Assembly (NCBI RefSeq): GCF_013365435.1
Contig: NZ_CP046577.1
Location: forward strand, 780,001-812,000
DNA length: 32,000 nucleotides
Source of the DNA: Wolbachia endosymbiont of Litomosoides sigmodontis
GTDB lineage: Bacteria > Pseudomonadota > Alphaproteobacteria > Rickettsiales > Anaplasmataceae
Direction of reading: 5' to 3'
The position numbers and the translations under genes were made by a program. The stretch's first letter is position 1. Each line of letters starts with the position of its first letter. Below the pieces are notes generated by a model, which was not told the origin of the DNA, did not search any database, and saw only the letters and a list, made by a program, of their open reading frames with translations. Of this stretch, positions 19,071-30,088 are shown piece by piece.

Positions 19071-20738
19071 TTATAAAAAGTCACATATTTTCTTTAACCA
19101 TTCTTTATTTTTGATACTATTTTGTAAATTTTTATAGACAAATTGATGATAATTATTTATCCATTCAATTTCATCTTTAGTGAGCATTTGCACATCTATT
19201 AGATCTCTATCATATGGAATGGAAGTCAATTGTTTAAATTGTAAAAAGCAATTTTCTTGCTTATCAACATACATCAGATTTTCAATTCTTATTCCATACT
19301 TTTCTGGAACGTAGTAACCAGGTTCATTGGAAAGTACCATTCCTGGTATGAGCTTTACTTTATTTCCTTTTGATATCGCTTGCGGCCCTTCGTGTATCGA
19401 TAAATAGCTCCCTACTCCATGACCTGTGCCGTGCATATAATCCATTCTAAATTTCCATAAGTGAATGCGTGCCAATGTATCCAATTCTCCGCCAGTAGTG
19501 CCGTAAGGAAAGATCGCACTCGCTATAGCAATGTGAGCTTTCAATACTATTGTATAGTGAGTTATTTGTTCATTGGTTGGACTACCAATTACTACAGTCC
19601 TTGTTACGTCAGTTGTACCATCAAGATATTGGCCACCAGAATCAATCAAATATATTCCATCTTTCTGAATGACTTTATTTGTCTTACTGCTTGCACGATA
19701 ATGGATTATTGCTCCATTTTCATTAAATGCAGAAATTGTTGGAAAACTTGGTTGCTTAAACAAAGCTTGCTCTTTTCTATATTCTAAAATCTTCTCTTCT
19801 GCTCTAAGTTCTGTACTGATATTATTTTTAATCCAATGTAGAAGATTTGTAACTGCTATTCCATCTCTGATGTGTGCATTTATAGCTCCAGCTATTTCAG
19901 TTTGGTTTTTTACTGCTTTGTGAAGCAAGCATGGATCCTCTTTTTCAACTATCTGCTTATTTTTTATTATATTTACAATACTCATTGGAGTTGTACTTGG
20001 ATCTGTAATTATCGAATTTAGCTTGCGCAGTGAATTTTTGAGCTCACTAATATCAAAGATGTTTACATAATTATCTAAATTTGCTTCTATAGTTGAGTGT
20101 TCTTTATCTTGAATAAACAAGTCAATGTTGCCGTTTTTATATAATATAGCACGACCCAATATACACGGAGTATATTTAGCACTTTCATTTCTTAGATTTA
20201 GTAACCACGAAATTGAATTTGGATCAGTTAAAAGTACTGCTTCAGCTTCTTTATTTATGCTTTTAGCTACTTTTTCACATTTACTCTTACTACTTTCACC
20301 TGAATGCTCAATTGCGTGCGAAACTACCGTTTGTTTTCTACGGCCAATTCCTTTTTTAATTGAATATGGTACTAATTTACAAATATCTTTATATTTTCTC
20401 ATCTCTTTTACGGTAAAGTATTGTAAATAATAACCTAGCGAGGTGCTCAATGTTAAGTTTGCTTTTACCCATTTGGGTGGATCCTCTTCTTGTATATTAT
20501 ATACTTGGAAATTTTCCTGATCTAGCTGATTGCGAGCTTGTATGATATAGCGCCCATCCGTAAAAAATGGGCACTTGTTGTCCTTCGTAACGATAAGTAG
20601 CCCATTTGTACCTGTAAAGCCACACAATTTAGTTAATTCATCTGAATATTCATTTAAATACTCATCTTTAGTATGCAACATAAACGCATCAACGTTTATT
20701 TCACGCATAAAAGAACGGAATTTTTCAATTTTCGACAT
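19071..20738 (-). CDS. pepP: Xaa-Pro aminopeptidase (M24B, three-domain type)
   Basis: Metal-ligand blocks '[16 protein letters not shown]', '[17 protein letters not shown]', 'SNEPGYY', 'GIRIENL'. The ORF-track start at 20744 is a GTG; the ATG at 20738 (MSKIEKF...) is preferred. Confidence 0.85.
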   Translation of the reverse strand: MSKIEKFRSFMREINVDAFMLHTKDEYLNEYSDELTKLCGFTGTNGLLIVTKDNKCPFFTDGRYIIQARNQLDQENFQVYNIQEEDPPKWVKANLTLSTSLGYYLQYFTVKEMRKYKDICKLVPYSIKKGIGRRKQTVVSHAIEHSGESSKSKCEKVAKSINKEAEAVLLTDPNSISWLLNLRNESAKYTPCILGRAILYKNGNIDLFIQDKEHSTIEANLDNYVNIFDISELKNSLRKLNSIITDPSTTPMSIVNIIKNKQIVEKEDPCLLHKAVKNQTEIAGAINAHIRDGIAVTNLLHWIKNNISTELRAEEKILEYRKEQALFKQPSFPTISAFNENGAIIHYRASSKTNKVIQKDGIYLIDSGGQYLDGTTDVTRTVVIGSPTNEQITHYTIVLKAHIAIASAIFPYGTTGGELDTLARIHLWKFRMDYMHGTGHGVGSYLSIHEGPQAISKGNKVKLIPGMVLSNEPGYYVPEKYGIRIENLMYVDKQENCFLQFKQLTSIPYDRDLIDVQMLTKDEIEWINNYHQFVYKNLQNSIKNKEWLKKICDFL

Positions 20739-22785
20739 AGACACCTTGTATAGAATTAGCAGCTACTTTCGTTTTCCTATTTCTTCTCAAATACACCAAC
20801 ATGCTAACTATTGCTGCTGGAGTAATACCTTGTATTTGCTTTGCAATACCAATTGTTGCTGGTTTAATTGCCTGCAGTTTTTCTATTACTTCATTTGACA
20901 AGCCTTTAATTTGTGAATAGTCAAAATTGGTTGGAATTTGAGTATTCATTTCTTCTTGTAAAAACTTCATATCTGCCTCTTGTCTTACTAAATAAGGTTT
21001 GTATCTTGCTTCAATTGCAATTGCCTCACATATTTCATTTTTAATTATGTTATTCATTGTTTTACCATCACCCCAGCACCTTATTTTATCATTCCAGCTC
21101 ATGACGCCGGAATCTACATTATTTCTTTTCTGGATTATAGTATCAGCTACTTGGATAATAGCTTGACTTACTTCATTACCATTCCAGCATTGGACATTAA
21201 TTAACTCTGGCCATATTTCTTGTAATTTGTTCCAATCGATATTTGGATAGCCAAGTAGATCCAATGCCGTTTTTCTTATCCCATCACAAGATATTTTAAT
21301 ACCATAAAACCCAAGCTGCTCAGGAGTAATTTTCAGACTTTCTAATTTCTCTCTAAGTTGCTTAATAGATTTAAGTTTATTTTGCAAAACAGAGTATCTT
21401 TCATGCGATACAAGAGAAATATTATAACCTTTTTGCGTTAATCTCCTATCTGCATTATCGGACCTAATTGCCAGCCTATATTCCGCATGTGAGGTAAATA
21501 ATCTATAAGGCTCAGTCACTCCTTTAGTAACCAGATCATCTATCATTACGCCGATATATGAATCTGTACGATGGAGAACAAAGCTTTCTTTTTTTTTAGA
21601 TGCAGAGAGTGCTGCATTGATTCCAGCGATAATTCCTTGCCCTGCTGCTTCTTCATACCCAGTGGTACCATTAATTTGGCCAGCAAAATATAGACCTTTA
21701 ACCTTCCTGGTTTCTAAGGTATGAAATAGCTCTCGTGGATCAATGTAATCATACTCAACTGCATATCCAGGTCTTAACATCTCTGCATTTTCAAGCCCTT
21801 TGATACTATTTATCATTTCACATTGCACTTCAATAGGCAATGAATTTGAAATTCCATTTGGGTATACAGTATCATCATCAAGCCCTTCTGGTTCTAAAAA
21901 TATTTGGTGACTATTTTTTTTTGCGAATTTTTTTACCTTAGCTTCAATTGATGGGCAGTATCTTGGTGCAACAATATCATTCATATATGAAGAAGCTGAC
22001 CTATGAAGACTCGCTTGAATTATTCTGTGTGTGTTCTCATTAGTATGGGTAATAAAACATGAGACTTGAGGTTGATTAATTTTTTCTGTGAGATAAGAAA
22101 AGGGTATAGGTGGATTATCACCCACTTGCTCTTCTAATATTGACCAGTTTATAGTACTACGATTAAGCCTAGGTGGAGTTCCGGTACGCAACCTGCCTAA
22201 TTTAAAATTGTACTTTCTCAACGTATTTGCAAGTTTCACTGCAGACTTATCTCCCATTCTCCCTGAAGTAGTTGTTTGTTCTCCTATATGAATCACACCT
22301 TGTAGAAAAGTACCCGTAGTTAAAATAACTTTGCTTGTCAGTATCTGTCTTCCTGAGCTTGTTATGACAGCCTTAATGTACATCCCTCCGTTGCTATTAC
22401 TTTCAATAAGGAAATCATCAACTGACTCTTCTTTTACTGTCAAATTGACATAATTTAGAATAATTCCCTGTATCGCTTTCTTGTATAGTTTTCTATCTGC
22501 CTGTGCCCTTGGCCCCCACACTGCTGCACCTTTACTACTATTTAAAACGACTGAATGTATGCTTGCTTGATCGATTGCCCTTCCCATTATTCCGTCAAGG
22601 GCGTCAACTTCTCTGACTACAATACCTTTTGCAACTCCTCCAATTGCTGGATTGCAAGACATTTCTCCTATAGTTGAAATTTTATGGGTTATAAGCAACG
22701 TGCTTGCACCAAGGCGAGCTGCTGCTGCTGCTGCTTCGCAGCCTGCATGACCACCACCTACTACCACTACGTCATATTTATTCAT
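20725..22785 (-). CDS. mnmG: tRNA uridine 5-carboxymethylaminomethyl modification enzyme MnmG (GidA), with an in-frame repeat insertion
   Basis: Motifs '[16 protein letters not shown]' (FAD fold), 'GTFL.G..HIG', 'GPRYCPSIE'-like 'APRYCPSIE', '[18 protein letters not shown]', '[10 protein letters not shown]', 'GITPAAI'. At 686 aa it is about 55 aa longer than E. coli MnmG. Confidence 0.92.
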   Translation of the reverse strand: MNKYDVVVVGGGHAGCEAAAAAARLGASTLLITHKISTIGEMSCNPAIGGVAKGIVVREVDALDGIMGRAIDQASIHSVVLNSSKGAAVWGPRAQADRKLYKKAIQGIILNYVNLTVKEESVDDFLIESNSNGGMYIKAVITSSGRQILTSKVILTTGTFLQGVIHIGEQTTTSGRMGDKSAVKLANTLRKYNFKLGRLRTGTPPRLNRSTINWSILEEQVGDNPPIPFSYLTEKINQPQVSCFITHTNENTHRIIQASLHRSASSYMNDIVAPRYCPSIEAKVKKFAKKNSHQIFLEPEGLDDDTVYPNGISNSLPIEVQCEMINSIKGLENAEMLRPGYAVEYDYIDPRELFHTLETRKVKGLYFAGQINGTTGYEEAAGQGIIAGINAALSASKKKESFVLHRTDSYIGVMIDDLVTKGVTEPYRLFTSHAEYRLAIRSDNADRRLTQKGYNISLVSHERYSVLQNKLKSIKQLREKLESLKITPEQLGFYGIKISCDGIRKTALDLLGYPNIDWNKLQEIWPELINVQCWNGNEVSQAIIQVADTIIQKRNNVDSGVMSWNDKIRCWGDGKTMNNIIKNEICEAIAIEARYKPYLVRQEADMKFLQEEMNTQIPTNFDYSQIKGLSNEVIEKLQAIKPATIGIAKQIQGITPAAIVSMLVYLRRNRKTKVAANSIQGVYVEN
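21058..21200 (-). repeat. Repeat-element insertion inside mnmG, in frame (about 40 extra residues)
   Basis: Three direct modules on the coding strand: GCTGGAATGG (rc of 21180-21189), GCTGGAATGA (rc of 21089-21098) and GTGCTGGGGTGATG (rc of 21066-21079). They encode '..QCWNG...[14 protein letters not shown]..'. This sits between conserved blocks that are about 22 aa apart in E. coli MnmG and 58 aa apart here. Confidence 0.6.
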
Positions 22786-23678
22786 ACTTTTCTAAGTAAT
22801 TTCTACTTTACTAGTATTTCAATTATCAGCAATTGATGTCAAATTTTACAGCAATACAGCGTTGTTCCAATTATTACTCTAATATCACACATTAAAACAA
22901 CAGAAAATAGATTTTTTTTGATGAGCTAAAACTGGTTTGCACTCTTTCTCTGTTAGAGAAGAATACCAAATTATAGGAGAGGTAATATACTCATTCACTT
23001 TTTCAGCCACTGATGCTATAATACTGTACGTCGTAAACATCGCTACAACCTGCACCATTATCCTCTTATTGCTGTACCTACTGAAGGTGAAAAATTCATT
23101 TCAACCATCGTGCCAAGAAAAAATAGAAATTGCAGTTGCAGCACTTGTAAAGCATATACAAACAAATTCTAAGAGATCTTTTTTAGAGAATTTTCTTTTT
23201 TTTACATTATCGCATATATAATGCGCATCAATAACATTACAAGAATAGCGGAAATAATTCCACCTAATTACCAAAAGCAACATAGATGTGAAATTTTAAT
23301 ACCTAATTTATAAATGCTCCTATTACCAATGCTACACCTGAAAGTATTAAATCTCCATCTACACAATTTCCCTAAGTTTAACAATAAAAATATTCTACAA
23401 AGCTTTAAGTCCTTTCTATCGTCATTAAGGGTGAGATAATCAGATAAGCAAAGCAATTTTTACGGTATTATTTTGAAAAAGAGTAAAAAAAGTTAGAACC
23501 CTTGACTTACAAATATTCCAGCTATTAACAATAGATAGCTAATTTTACAATTAGATAAAGCACTACTCAGTATCAATTCACGAATCGCTTTAATTATAAA
23601 TACTAGAAATATACCAAATAGAAAAAAGGCAAAAGAATCCCTAGTTAATATCTATTTCCTGCATTGAAGTTTTTAATA

Positions 23679-24720
23679 CCAATTCTCTGTTAGTGGATCA
23701 AATAAGTGACATTGCAGAGTTGTTTAATTGCGATATGAAAAAGAGAGGTAATAAATTTGCACAAAGTGCCCTCACACAAAGCAATTGTATTATAGACTTT
23801 ATTATGTAATAGAATTGAGCTCAAGTGAATATGGTATTAAGTATGTAATCTCAATATTTTTAAGTACCTTTAAATTTTTTGATTTATGCTAACTAGAACA
23901 ATCCGTGATAAAAAAGGCTTCTCGTGTTCTTAAATATTACAATATTTGTTCAAGAATATATTCATACAATCAGTGTTGACATTCGGTACAATAAGATAGA
24001 ATTCTCTCCATTTTTAGAATCAACTGCACTGTAAAGATAAAAATTTTATCTACCCAATTTTGCTTTAATCTGTGTTCTAACACCTTTTTTTAATTATCCA
24101 TGTCAAACTTTCTAATGTGTGTCAAATTGTGATTCATCAAAGATGAATAGCCCTTGTTCAGGTGCCCATTAATAGTACCATTAAGTTTTTTTTAACTCTT
24201 CTTGTTTATCTTTATCTTGTTCATTATGGAGATTAGTCTAGGCGTAATGTACGAAATTTCATTTTTGCATACTACGTATACTGCAGATCTGCTAATATTC
24301 AAGCTAAATTTTTCTTGGATTTTTATTCTCATTTCTTTAATGGTAATATTGGTTTTCTTGTATCCACATTTAACTTGTTTAAATTAACTCTAATTCAATC
24401 TAGTTTTGCTACAACGTTAAGGGAGAGCAGGTAATTTTTCTTCTCTTCTAAATTTTAGTGCTTTATCCATACAGTTAGTATTATTCTTAAAATTCAGCAT
24501 ATTCTTTGCTATGGCTATTATACTGTGCTTTTTCCCACAATTTTACAGCACTTAGTTTTTTACAATATATGCGTTACTTCACATTTCCTTCAGGATTTTT
24601 TACTGATTTCACGATTTTTTTATCTAATAATTTTAATTACAATGCCATTTAAACCTTGCTATTTTATTTACTGCAGCATGATTTTTCTTTCCAATTATTA
24701 TCTACCAGTTTTTTATATAG
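23679..24720 (-). mobile_element. Degraded full-length IS630-family element (composite 3); transposase pseudogene about 23690-24695
   Basis: Collinear with 5630-6722 over its whole length. Shared blocks include GTGGATCAAATAAGTGACATTGCAGAG, TCATCAAAGATGAATA and CTTCAGG. The start codon is mutated (CAA) and many stops are present. Confidence 0.8.
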
Positions 24721-25026
24721 CTGGAATTAGAACACAAAACACGAGAGGGTTTTCTTGTCATAGATTGTACTAGTTGGGGCGTAAGTCAAAAAATTTAAAG
24801 GCACATATAAAAACGTCAGTATTATATACCTACCACCACACTCACCTAACCCTTTCTTATTGAGAGACTTTGGTTGTATATAGGAACAGAAAATTTTGTG
24901 TAATAAAGCCTATAATGTAGGTACTTTGCTTAAGAGTGTTTTGCAAATTTGTTACCACTCTTTTTCACTATATAATTAAACAACTCTGCAATGTCACTTA
25001 TTTGACTAATTGAAAATGAGAATTAG
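24721..25026 (+). mobile_element. Inverted 3' IS630 fragment abutting the left end of the 23679-24720 copy (arm of composite 3, shortened by about 130 bp)
   Basis: Aligns with 6723-7131 and with the reverse complement of 23679-23930. Ends ...CTGCAATGTCACTTATTTGACTAATTGAAAATGAGAATTAG. Confidence 0.75.
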
Positions 25027-25260
25027 TCTACTAACTCCCTATTTTAAAAATTTGACGTTGAATGCCTTATAGGTGCTTTTCAATTTAAATAGGCAAAAAT
25101 CCAGAATTCTATAAAGACATAATATATACATATTACAAAAAACTAAACGCTAATACGCTAAATACACAAGATCTTTTTGCCATTTCAACTAACCTGCCCA
25201 AATTAGTTATATAAAACAGCTCTTATATTGCCAGGGTAAAAGAGCTGGCCCCTAAGGTAG
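25027..25260 (+). repeat. Flank repeat following the IS630 composite; homologue of reverse-complemented 130-346
   Basis: See feature 130-346. Weaker similarity seems to continue towards 25370. A shortened version may follow composite 2 at 7132-7175. Confidence 0.6.
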
Positions 25261-25379
25261 ATCAAATAACTTTTTGCCTTCTATGAGACACTTTTACCTA
25301 CCAATAATGGTTATACCCTAACCATAAATTGACTAAATTAGGTGAAATATTTTTTTCATGTAGTAATTCTTGAAAAAAG

Positions 25380-25452
25380 AGCGGGAGAAGGGACTCGAAC
25401 CCTCGACCTTAACCTTGGCAAGGTTACGTTCTACCAACTGAACTACTCCCGC
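25380..25452 (-). tRNA. tRNA-Gly (anticodon GCC)
   Basis: Manual fold of GCGGGAG-TA-GTTC-AGTTGGTA-GAAC-G-TAACC-TTGCCAA-GGTTA-AGGTC-GAGGG-TTCGAGT-CCCTT-CTCCCGC-T. Gives a 7-bp acceptor stem, canonical D, anticodon and T arms, 73 nt, with CCA not encoded. Confidence 0.93.
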
Positions 25453-25602
25453 AATTAGTTTAGATTAATTCCTTAATTATAGACATATACAACAATTTGT
25501 AAACTACATGCATACTAAAATGTGAGGAATTATATCCATATATTTGTGTACTTAAAACTTACTTTCAATTATTATTGACGTTTTGTTATTCTACAAAGCC
25601 TT

Positions 25603-26223
25603 ATGAGGATATTTGTATATAAAAACGACTTGCCAATTAGTTCAATACCAGATAATGTAAGGTCTATAGCTGTTGATACAGAAGCAATGGGCTTACTTCA
25701 TGTAAGAGATAGATTGTGCCTTATACAGCTCTCTTTTAATGATGGAAACGCTCACCTGATTCAATTCAAAAATGATTATACAGCTCCAAATTTAAGAAAA
25801 ATATTGGGAGATAAAAATATAACTAAAATATTTCATTTTGCACGATTTGATGTTAGCATAACACGTTATTATCTAGAGACTTGGGCGCTTCCATGCTATT
25901 GCACAAAAATAGCTTCACGTTTAGTTCGCACCTATACAGACAATCATAGTCTGAAAGAGTTATGCTTAGAGCTACTTAATACTAAATTAAATAAGCAGCA
26001 GCAATCTTCTGATTGGGGAAGTGAGAATTTAACAGATAAACAAAAAAGTTATGCTGCATCCGATGTTCTGTATCTTCATAAGATAAAGGAAAAGTTAGAT
26101 TTAATGTTGGAGCGTGAAAACAGAAAAGAGTTAGCACAAAAATGCTTTGAATTTCTTCCCGCTCGTGTTGAATTAGATTTAATGGGATGGGAAAATGTGG
26201 ATATCTTTAATCACCAAATGTAG
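25603..26223 (+). CDS. rnd: 3'-5' exonuclease, short RNase D-like (DEDDy) protein
   Basis: 206-aa ORF with ExoI 'AVDTEAMGL', ExoII 'KIFHFARFDV' and ExoIII 'YAASDVLYLHKI' motifs. Confidence 0.8.
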   Translation: MRIFVYKNDLPISSIPDNVRSIAVDTEAMGLLHVRDRLCLIQLSFNDGNAHLIQFKNDYTAPNLRKILGDKNITKIFHFARFDVSITRYYLETWALPCYCTKIASRLVRTYTDNHSLKELCLELLNTKLNKQQQSSDWGSENLTDKQKSYAASDVLYLHKIKEKLDLMLERENRKELAQKCFEFLPARVELDLMGWENVDIFNHQM

Positions 26224-26287
26224 TGCTTGTAAAAAATTTTTCGCTTACCAAAATGTTTAAGGCAGCTTTTTAAAAACTCTTTATATT

Positions 26288-27275
26288 AATTTTTACACTC
26301 CGTGGATCAAATAAGCGATATTGCAGAGTTATTTAATTACGTAGTGAGAAAGAAAGGAAAAATTTGAATAAAGAAGTGCTCTCAAGCAAAGCAACTACAT
26401 CATAGGCTTTATTACACAAAATTTTCTATTCTATATACAACCAAAAGTCTCTCAATAGAAGATGGTTTAGGTGAGTATGATAGTAAGTATATAATTTCAA
26501 CGTTTTTAAGGTGTCTTTAAATTTTCCGATTTATACCATTAGCACAATCCATAATAAGAAAGGCTTCTCATATTCTTAAATATCGTAACATTTATTCAAG
26601 AAACATATTCATACCAATTAGTGGTGATAATAATCCTGTGCAAATAAGCTAGAATGCTTTCCATTACTAGGATTAACTGTATTGTAGAGATAAAAATTCT
26701 GTCTACCTAACTTTAACCTGTGTTTTAACGCCTTTTTAAACCACCAGTATCAACTTTTGAAAAAGTATACCAAATCACAATTCACCAAAGGCGAATAACT
26801 CTTATTTAGGATACTTACCAATAACCTCATTAAGGTTCTTTTAAAACCCTCCCCTTATCCACCTTTATCTTACACTCATTATGAATTATTGGTCTTGGCG
26901 TAATATACGTAACCTCATTTTTTGGACGTTACAGTGTACTGTAGACTTGTTAACATTCAAGCAAACTTTTCTTGGATTCTTATTCTCATCCTTTAATGGT
27001 AATATTAGATTTTCTTGTATTTATACTTCAACTCGTTTAAATTACTCTGATTTTCTTCTCTTCCAAGTTTTAGTGCTTTATCATGCAGTTAATACTGTTC
27101 TTCAAATGCAACATATTTTTTACTATGGCTGTGTTATACAGTACTTTTTTTCTACAATTACAGCATTTAGTTTTTTTGCAACATATACGTGTTATTTCAC
27201 ACTTCCTTCAGCATTTCTTTTATGACTTTTCTTCTCCATTACTACCTATCCGTTCCTTCTACAGTAGAAATTGAT
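26288..27275 (-). mobile_element. Degraded solo IS630-family element (about 0.99 kb), without the inverted arm
   Basis: Collinear with 5630-6722. Shared blocks include CGTGGATCAAATAAGCGATATTGCAGAG, CAACCAAAAGTCTCTCAATAG, and the start-codon equivalent CAT at 27237-27239. Left-end sequence CAGTAGAAATTGATC at 27262-27276. No long open frame survives on the transposase strand. Confidence 0.75.
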
Positions 27276-27506
27276 CTTATTATGTACTCAAACCTTGGAA
27301 TTTTTATTCTAAATATACAGTTTTGCTATTTTTATGCAACAAACTTAATGTCAAGAAATTTACTAAGCAGAGAAAATAAAAAGAACCAAAGGTAGCTAGT
27401 ACTTAAAAAGTTTCCTTATAAAAATATATAGAGCTAAGGAAGCTTGTCAAGTGGTTTTACACTTCTACAAGTTATTTTTGGATAAAATCCTTAAGCACAG
27501 CTAATA

Positions 27507-28778
27507 TTAACTTCCAATGTCATATCTGAAAAAACCTCCTGGCCATTCTAAAAAATTTAACGCAGAGTACACTTTACTCTTAGCTTCTTCTAAAGTATTC
27601 CCTTCTCCTACTATATTCAATACTCTTCCTCCATCGGAAATCCAATTGCCGTTTTCATCTAACTTAGTACCAGCATGAAACACCAATACACCAGGAATGC
27701 TTTCAATTTTACCAAGTCCTTTAATTATATCTCCCTTTTGATAGCTACCTGGGTAGCCTTTACTTGCAACAACTACACAAACTATAGCTTTGCTATTGAG
27801 CTCCACTGCTTTAGTACTTAACTTTCCCTTTGCAACTGACAACATTAACTCCAACAAGTCACAACTTGCATCAAATCTAGGTAATATAGATTGTGCTTCA
27901 GGATCACCAAATCTAACATTATACTCAAGAAGTTTTAAACTATCTTTGCAAATCATTAAACCAGCAAAAAGCACTCCTCGATAAGGAGTTCCCATGTTAG
28001 CCAATGCTTGAATTGTAGGATATATTATTCTTTGGATAATTTTTTGTTCCATATCCTTACTTATAATTGAAGGTGACGAGTATGAACCCATACCTCCAGT
28101 ATTTTGACTATCATTATTCTCATCAGCCCTCTTATAATCTTTTGCACACCCAAGGGTTGCTACTTTTAATCCATCAACAAGAGCAAAGAAGCTTACTTCC
28201 TCTCCAACTAAAAATTCTTCTATGATTATTTCTTCGCCTGATTTACCAAATTTTTTTTCCACCAACATTGAATCTATTGCTGAAAAAGCCTCGTTTTCTG
28301 TATTGCATATCACCACACCTTTACCTGCTGCGATTCCATTTGCTTTCACCACAAGTGGCAATCTTATTTTATTACTGCGTATAAAACTTTTCGCCAATTC
28401 TTCATCAACAAAACATTCGTACTTAGCAGTTGGTATACTGTATTGCTTACATATTCCCTTGGTAAAGGATTTTGATGCTTCGAGTTTTGCAGCTGCTTGA
28501 CTTGGAGCAAAAACATTTATTCCCTCTGCAACTAAGTTATCAGCAAGCCCATCAATTATTGGTTGCTCTGGACCAATAATAACTAACTCTATATTTTCCC
28601 TCTTGCAAAATTGTGTCACATCAATTGAATTTTGAATATTTATATTCACAAGAATTCCCAGATTTTTCATAGCTGAACGTCCAGGAGTGATATATAATTC
28701 GGTTAAGATAGGAGACTTTTTTAAAGCCCAAAGCAAAGCATGCTCACGTCCACCAGAACCTATAACCAGAACCTTCAT
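27507..28778 (-). CDS. purD: Phosphoribosylamine--glycine ligase (GAR synthetase)
   Basis: Motifs 'MKVLVIGSGGREHAL', ATP-grasp blocks 'VVKANGIAAGKGV' and 'EEFLVGEEVSFFAL', plus 'EYNVRFGDPE' and 'GGRVLNIVG'. The ATG at 28778 is preceded by AGGAAA. The ORF extends 9 codons further, to 28805. Confidence 0.9.
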   Translation of the reverse strand: MKVLVIGSGGREHALLWALKKSPILTELYITPGRSAMKNLGILVNINIQNSIDVTQFCKRENIELVIIGPEQPIIDGLADNLVAEGINVFAPSQAAAKLEASKSFTKGICKQYSIPTAKYECFVDEELAKSFIRSNKIRLPLVVKANGIAAGKGVVICNTENEAFSAIDSMLVEKKFGKSGEEIIIEEFLVGEEVSFFALVDGLKVATLGCAKDYKRADENNDSQNTGGMGSYSSPSIISKDMEQKIIQRIIYPTIQALANMGTPYRGVLFAGLMICKDSLKLLEYNVRFGDPEAQSILPRFDASCDLLELMLSVAKGKLSTKAVELNSKAIVCVVVASKGYPGSYQKGDIIKGLGKIESIPGVLVFHAGTKLDENGNWISDGGRVLNIVGEGNTLEEAKSKVYSALNFLEWPGGFFRYDIGS

Positions 28779-28810
28779 CTCTATTTCCTCGTTCTTATAT
28801 ATCAAGAGTA

Positions 28811-30088
28811 TTATTTGTTTATAACAATATCATTACTCATGTATTTTTGCAACACGTTTGGTATTATAATCGACCCATCAGAATTTTGATAATTCTCCAT
28901 TATGGCAATAATCGTTCTTCCTATAGCTAAAGCTGAGCCATTTAAAGTGTGAACATATTTTTTTACCCTTTTATCCGTTTCTAAAGAGTATTTAGTGCTC
29001 ATTCTCCTTGCTTGAAACGCACCACAATTTGAACAGCTTGATATTTCTCTATACTTATTTTGCCCAGGTAACCACACCTCTATATCATAAGTCTTTTGTG
29101 CAGCAAAGCCCATATCGCCGCTACATAGTAGCATTACTCTATATGGCAATTCTAATTTTTTTAATATCTCTTCAGCAACGCCTATCATACGCTCAAGTTC
29201 ATCATTTGATTGATCCTCAGTTGTGATGCTTACCAACTCTACTTTACCAAATTGATGTTGCCTTATCATACCTCTAGTATCTCGTCCCGCACTACCAGCC
29301 TCTTTACGAAAACATTCTGAATATGCAGTAAAACGAATAGGCAATTCCTTTTCCTCCGCTATTTTATTAGCAACTGAATTCGTTAAAAACACCTCGCCTG
29401 TAGGAATTAATCTTAATTCGCTGGTAGTTAAGTATGAGTCATCAGAAAATTTTGGTAGCTGACCAACGTTATACATAGCCTCATTTTTTACTAATGCCGG
29501 GTGATATACCTCAGTATAGCCAAATTCATTAACATGCATTTCAAGCATAAAATTTATTAGCACTCGCCCAAGCTTAGCTAACTGCCCTTTTAATATTGCA
29601 AATCTTGATCCAGAAATTTTTGCTGCTTGCTCAAAATCCATTAGACCCAACTCTTCTCCCAGCTCATAATGAGACTTTGGCACAAAATCAAATTTCCTTT
29701 TTTCTCCATATTTTCTCATTTCTAAATTAGAATTCTCACCCGCACCTATTGGTACATCTTGCACAGGGATATTCGGTAAACTAGACAAGATATTAATTAA
29801 TTTATCTTTTTCTATTTGCTCCTTTAAGCTGATTGCTTCTATCTCATTTGTGATATTTTTTGATGACTTTACTTGCTCTTCACAAGAGCTCTTACTCATT
29901 TTAAGCTTTTTTATTTTCTCAGTGATTTCATTGCGTTTTCTATTCAAATCCTGCAATTTAGTAGTCAATGACCTTTTCTCGCAATCAATTTTTAGTATCT
30001 CTTCTGCAGAAAATTCTTTCACTCCCCTGCTTTTCATTGCTTTTTCAAAGCTTTCAGAATTTTGGCGTATATATTCTATATCATGCAT
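28811..30088 (-). CDS. serS: Seryl-tRNA synthetase
   Basis: 425-aa ORF with an N-terminal coiled-coil arm. Class II motif 2 '[26 protein letters not shown]' and motif 3 '[19 protein letters not shown]'. Confidence 0.92.
   Translation of the reverse strand: MHDIEYIRQNSESFEKAMKSRGVKEFSAEEILKIDCEKRSLTTKLQDLNRKRNEITEKIKKLKMSKSSCEEQVKSSKNITNEIEAISLKEQIEKDKLINILSSLPNIPVQDVPIGAGENSNLEMRKYGEKRKFDFVPKSHYELGEELGLMDFEQAAKISGSRFAILKGQLAKLGRVLINFMLEMHVNEFGYTEVYHPALVKNEAMYNVGQLPKFSDDSYLTTSELRLIPTGEVFLTNSVANKIAEEKELPIRFTAYSECFRKEAGSAGRDTRGMIRQHQFGKVELVSITTEDQSNDELERMIGVAEEILKKLELPYRVMLLCSGDMGFAAQKTYDIEVWLPGQNKYREISSCSNCGAFQARRMSTKYSLETDKRVKKYVHTLNGSALAIGRTIIAIMENYQNSDGSIIIPNVLQKYMSNDIVINK

Noticed and set aside
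19461-20898. + strand ORFs 19461-19787, 20125-20430 and 20575-20898
   Set aside because: Antisense to pepP and mnmG; shadow frames.
21589-21597. Homopolymer tracts in coding DNA (T9 at 21589-21597 and 21914-21922 in mnmG, A9 at 17624-17632 in fabH) as phase-variation or frameshift sites
   Set aside because: All are in frame (Lys runs) in intact genes, and such tracts are expected at this AT content. There is no evidence of slippage in this sequence.
22718-22735. (GCT)6 trinucleotide repeat
   Set aside because: It encodes the Ala run of the MnmG FAD-binding N-terminus ([12 protein letters not shown]). It is short and within a conserved motif region.
24202-24773. + strand ORFs 24202-24387 and 24525-24773, and likewise 26881-27395
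   Set aside because: They lie on the strand opposite the decayed IS630 transposase. They are hydrophobic and low-complexity, differ between copies, and are artefacts of AT-rich relic DNA.
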